DNA of 37,798 nt from a virus, in the UHGV virus genome UHGV-1315295; one strand, written 5' to 3'. Positions 36,819-37,798 of the stretch are shown here, in pieces. The notes below the pieces were generated by a model. The model was not told the DNA's origin and did not search any database. It worked only from the letters and a program-made list of their open reading frames with translations. Every line of letters starts with the position of its first letter. The stretch's first letter is position 1. The position numbers and the translations under genes were made by a program.

Positions 36819-37043
36819 GTGTAAACTAATTTTGAATCCCATTTCTACAAACGCTTTTAACATTAAAAATATATCAGCGTCATTCACGTCTGCTTTTTTT
36901 CGCTCCTGGTCGTTCAATAAGTCAATTTTGCGCGTTGTTTCATTTATAAACTCGACTGCGCGCCCAGCGTACCCCGCGATCCCAGCGATGCGATTAACAA
37001 AATAATCATTGCGCACGTTAACGCCAGCAATAAGAACAAACAT
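36813..37043 (-). CDS. Hypothetical small protein (76 aa)
   Basis: Minus-strand ATG with AAGGAG RBS; flanked by hairpins at 36789-36807 and 37064-37080. Confidence 0.45.
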   Translation of the reverse strand: MFVLIAGVNVRNDYFVNRIAGIAGYAGRAVEFINETTRKIDLLNDQERKKADVNDADIFLMLKAFVEMGFKISLHK

Positions 37044-37093
37044 GATTAAGCTCCTTAAAACTAGCGCCCACTATGGGCGCTATATCCATCTAA

Positions 37094-37744
37094 TTACGCT
37101 TTGAAAGCATCAGCAAGATAGTTATAAAAATCATTTTTAACGAAGCGATATTGCTGTGATCCGTTTTTCGCTGCACCCATTCCTTTGATTTTTTCGACCA
37201 GTCCCAGACGTTCGCAAAGATTGATAAGCTGGTTGGCTTGAGTGTATCCAGCGTCTAATTTTATTTCGTTGGCTTTTTTCGCTTCATTCATTAAATCGAA
37301 AACAGCGCCATTAGTGAACGTGTCGATCTCGTCGTTAATCATATCGATTAACGCGAATACACGAGATCCGGACATATCAGCGACGGAATAAACGCATTTG
37401 CCAGATTTAATTGATTTAACCAGATAAACCAATTTTTCGAGTGAATAGCTATTTGTCATAGCTTCGCGGAAAAACACTTCTGGCGCTTGTTTGCTTGCTT
37501 TAATCGCGTAGTAAAAGACACCAGCTAATTTCTCATCATTAACAGCGTTTAAAACGTTGTTGGTGAAGTATGCTAGTTTGGTAGACGCTGCAAGCATGTT
37601 GGCTTTATCCGCTTTTGTGTGTGTACCATTCTGATAATGATTGTTATAAGTCTGAGTAGCGTTGTTGGCTGCAACTTGCAATTCATTAGCGATAACTACA
37701 GCAGCGTCGATGATGGATTTTTTAGAAATGGTAACGTTAGACAT
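37094..37744 (-). CDS. Hypothetical protein (216 aa), AT-rich codon usage
   Basis: Minus-strand ATG with AAGGATT RBS; composition differs from the + strand genes. Confidence 0.55.
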   Translation of the reverse strand: MSNVTISKKSIIDAAVVIANELQVAANNATQTYNNHYQNGTHTKADKANMLAASTKLAYFTNNVLNAVNDEKLAGVFYYAIKASKQAPEVFFREAMTNSYSLEKLVYLVKSIKSGKCVYSVADMSGSRVFALIDMINDEIDTFTNGAVFDLMNEAKKANEIKLDAGYTQANQLINLCERLGLVEKIKGMGAAKNGSQQYRFVKNDFYNYLADAFKA

Positions 37745-37798
37745 GATGTTAATCCTTATGTAATATTGATAACTTAATTTTTTATTTATTTATCGTTA

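Overview
Mosaic accessory region, coded almost entirely on the + strand, most consistent with an enterobacterial phage-plasmid of the SSU5/pHCM2 type (inference from gene content; no search was run). Everything below comes from reading the sequence and the supplied ORF track; family assignments are motif-level recollections, not database hits. (1) 1-4380: 3' part of a type I restriction-modification operon: hsdS C-terminal fragment, an embedded 387-aa gene with a restriction-endonuclease-like N-terminal motif, and hsdR. (2) 4395-5080: 5'-truncated, frameshifted IS3-family transposase remnant directly abutting hsdR. (3) 6300-8660: P1/IncY-type iteron replicon, with repA on the minus strand, about 15 iterons downstream, and two iteron clusters each followed by a GATC cluster upstream. 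(4) 9789-23465: phage-like recombination and nucleotide-metabolism module (SbcD, SbcC, HNH endonuclease, RuvC-like, MazG-like, ThyA, HAD-like, DHFR, P-loop kinase, DnaQ-like exonuclease, Dam-like methyltransferase, RNase H). (5) 23600-36200: a Rha-family regulator, a methyltransferase fusion protein, and about 15 small, mostly acidic ORFs of unknown function, punctuated by a recurring AAACAAnnTGTTT palindrome and hairpins. (6) 31716-33180: a 1.4 kb repeat-rich noncoding region. (7) 36220-37798: AT-rich minus-strand genes. Two palindromic motif families recur in intergenic DNA. No rRNA, tRNA or CRISPR array was recognised. The most likely candidates for something undescribed are the gene embedded in the hsd operon, the operator-studded small-ORF array, and a promoter-driven G-rich noncoding region upstream of rnhA.
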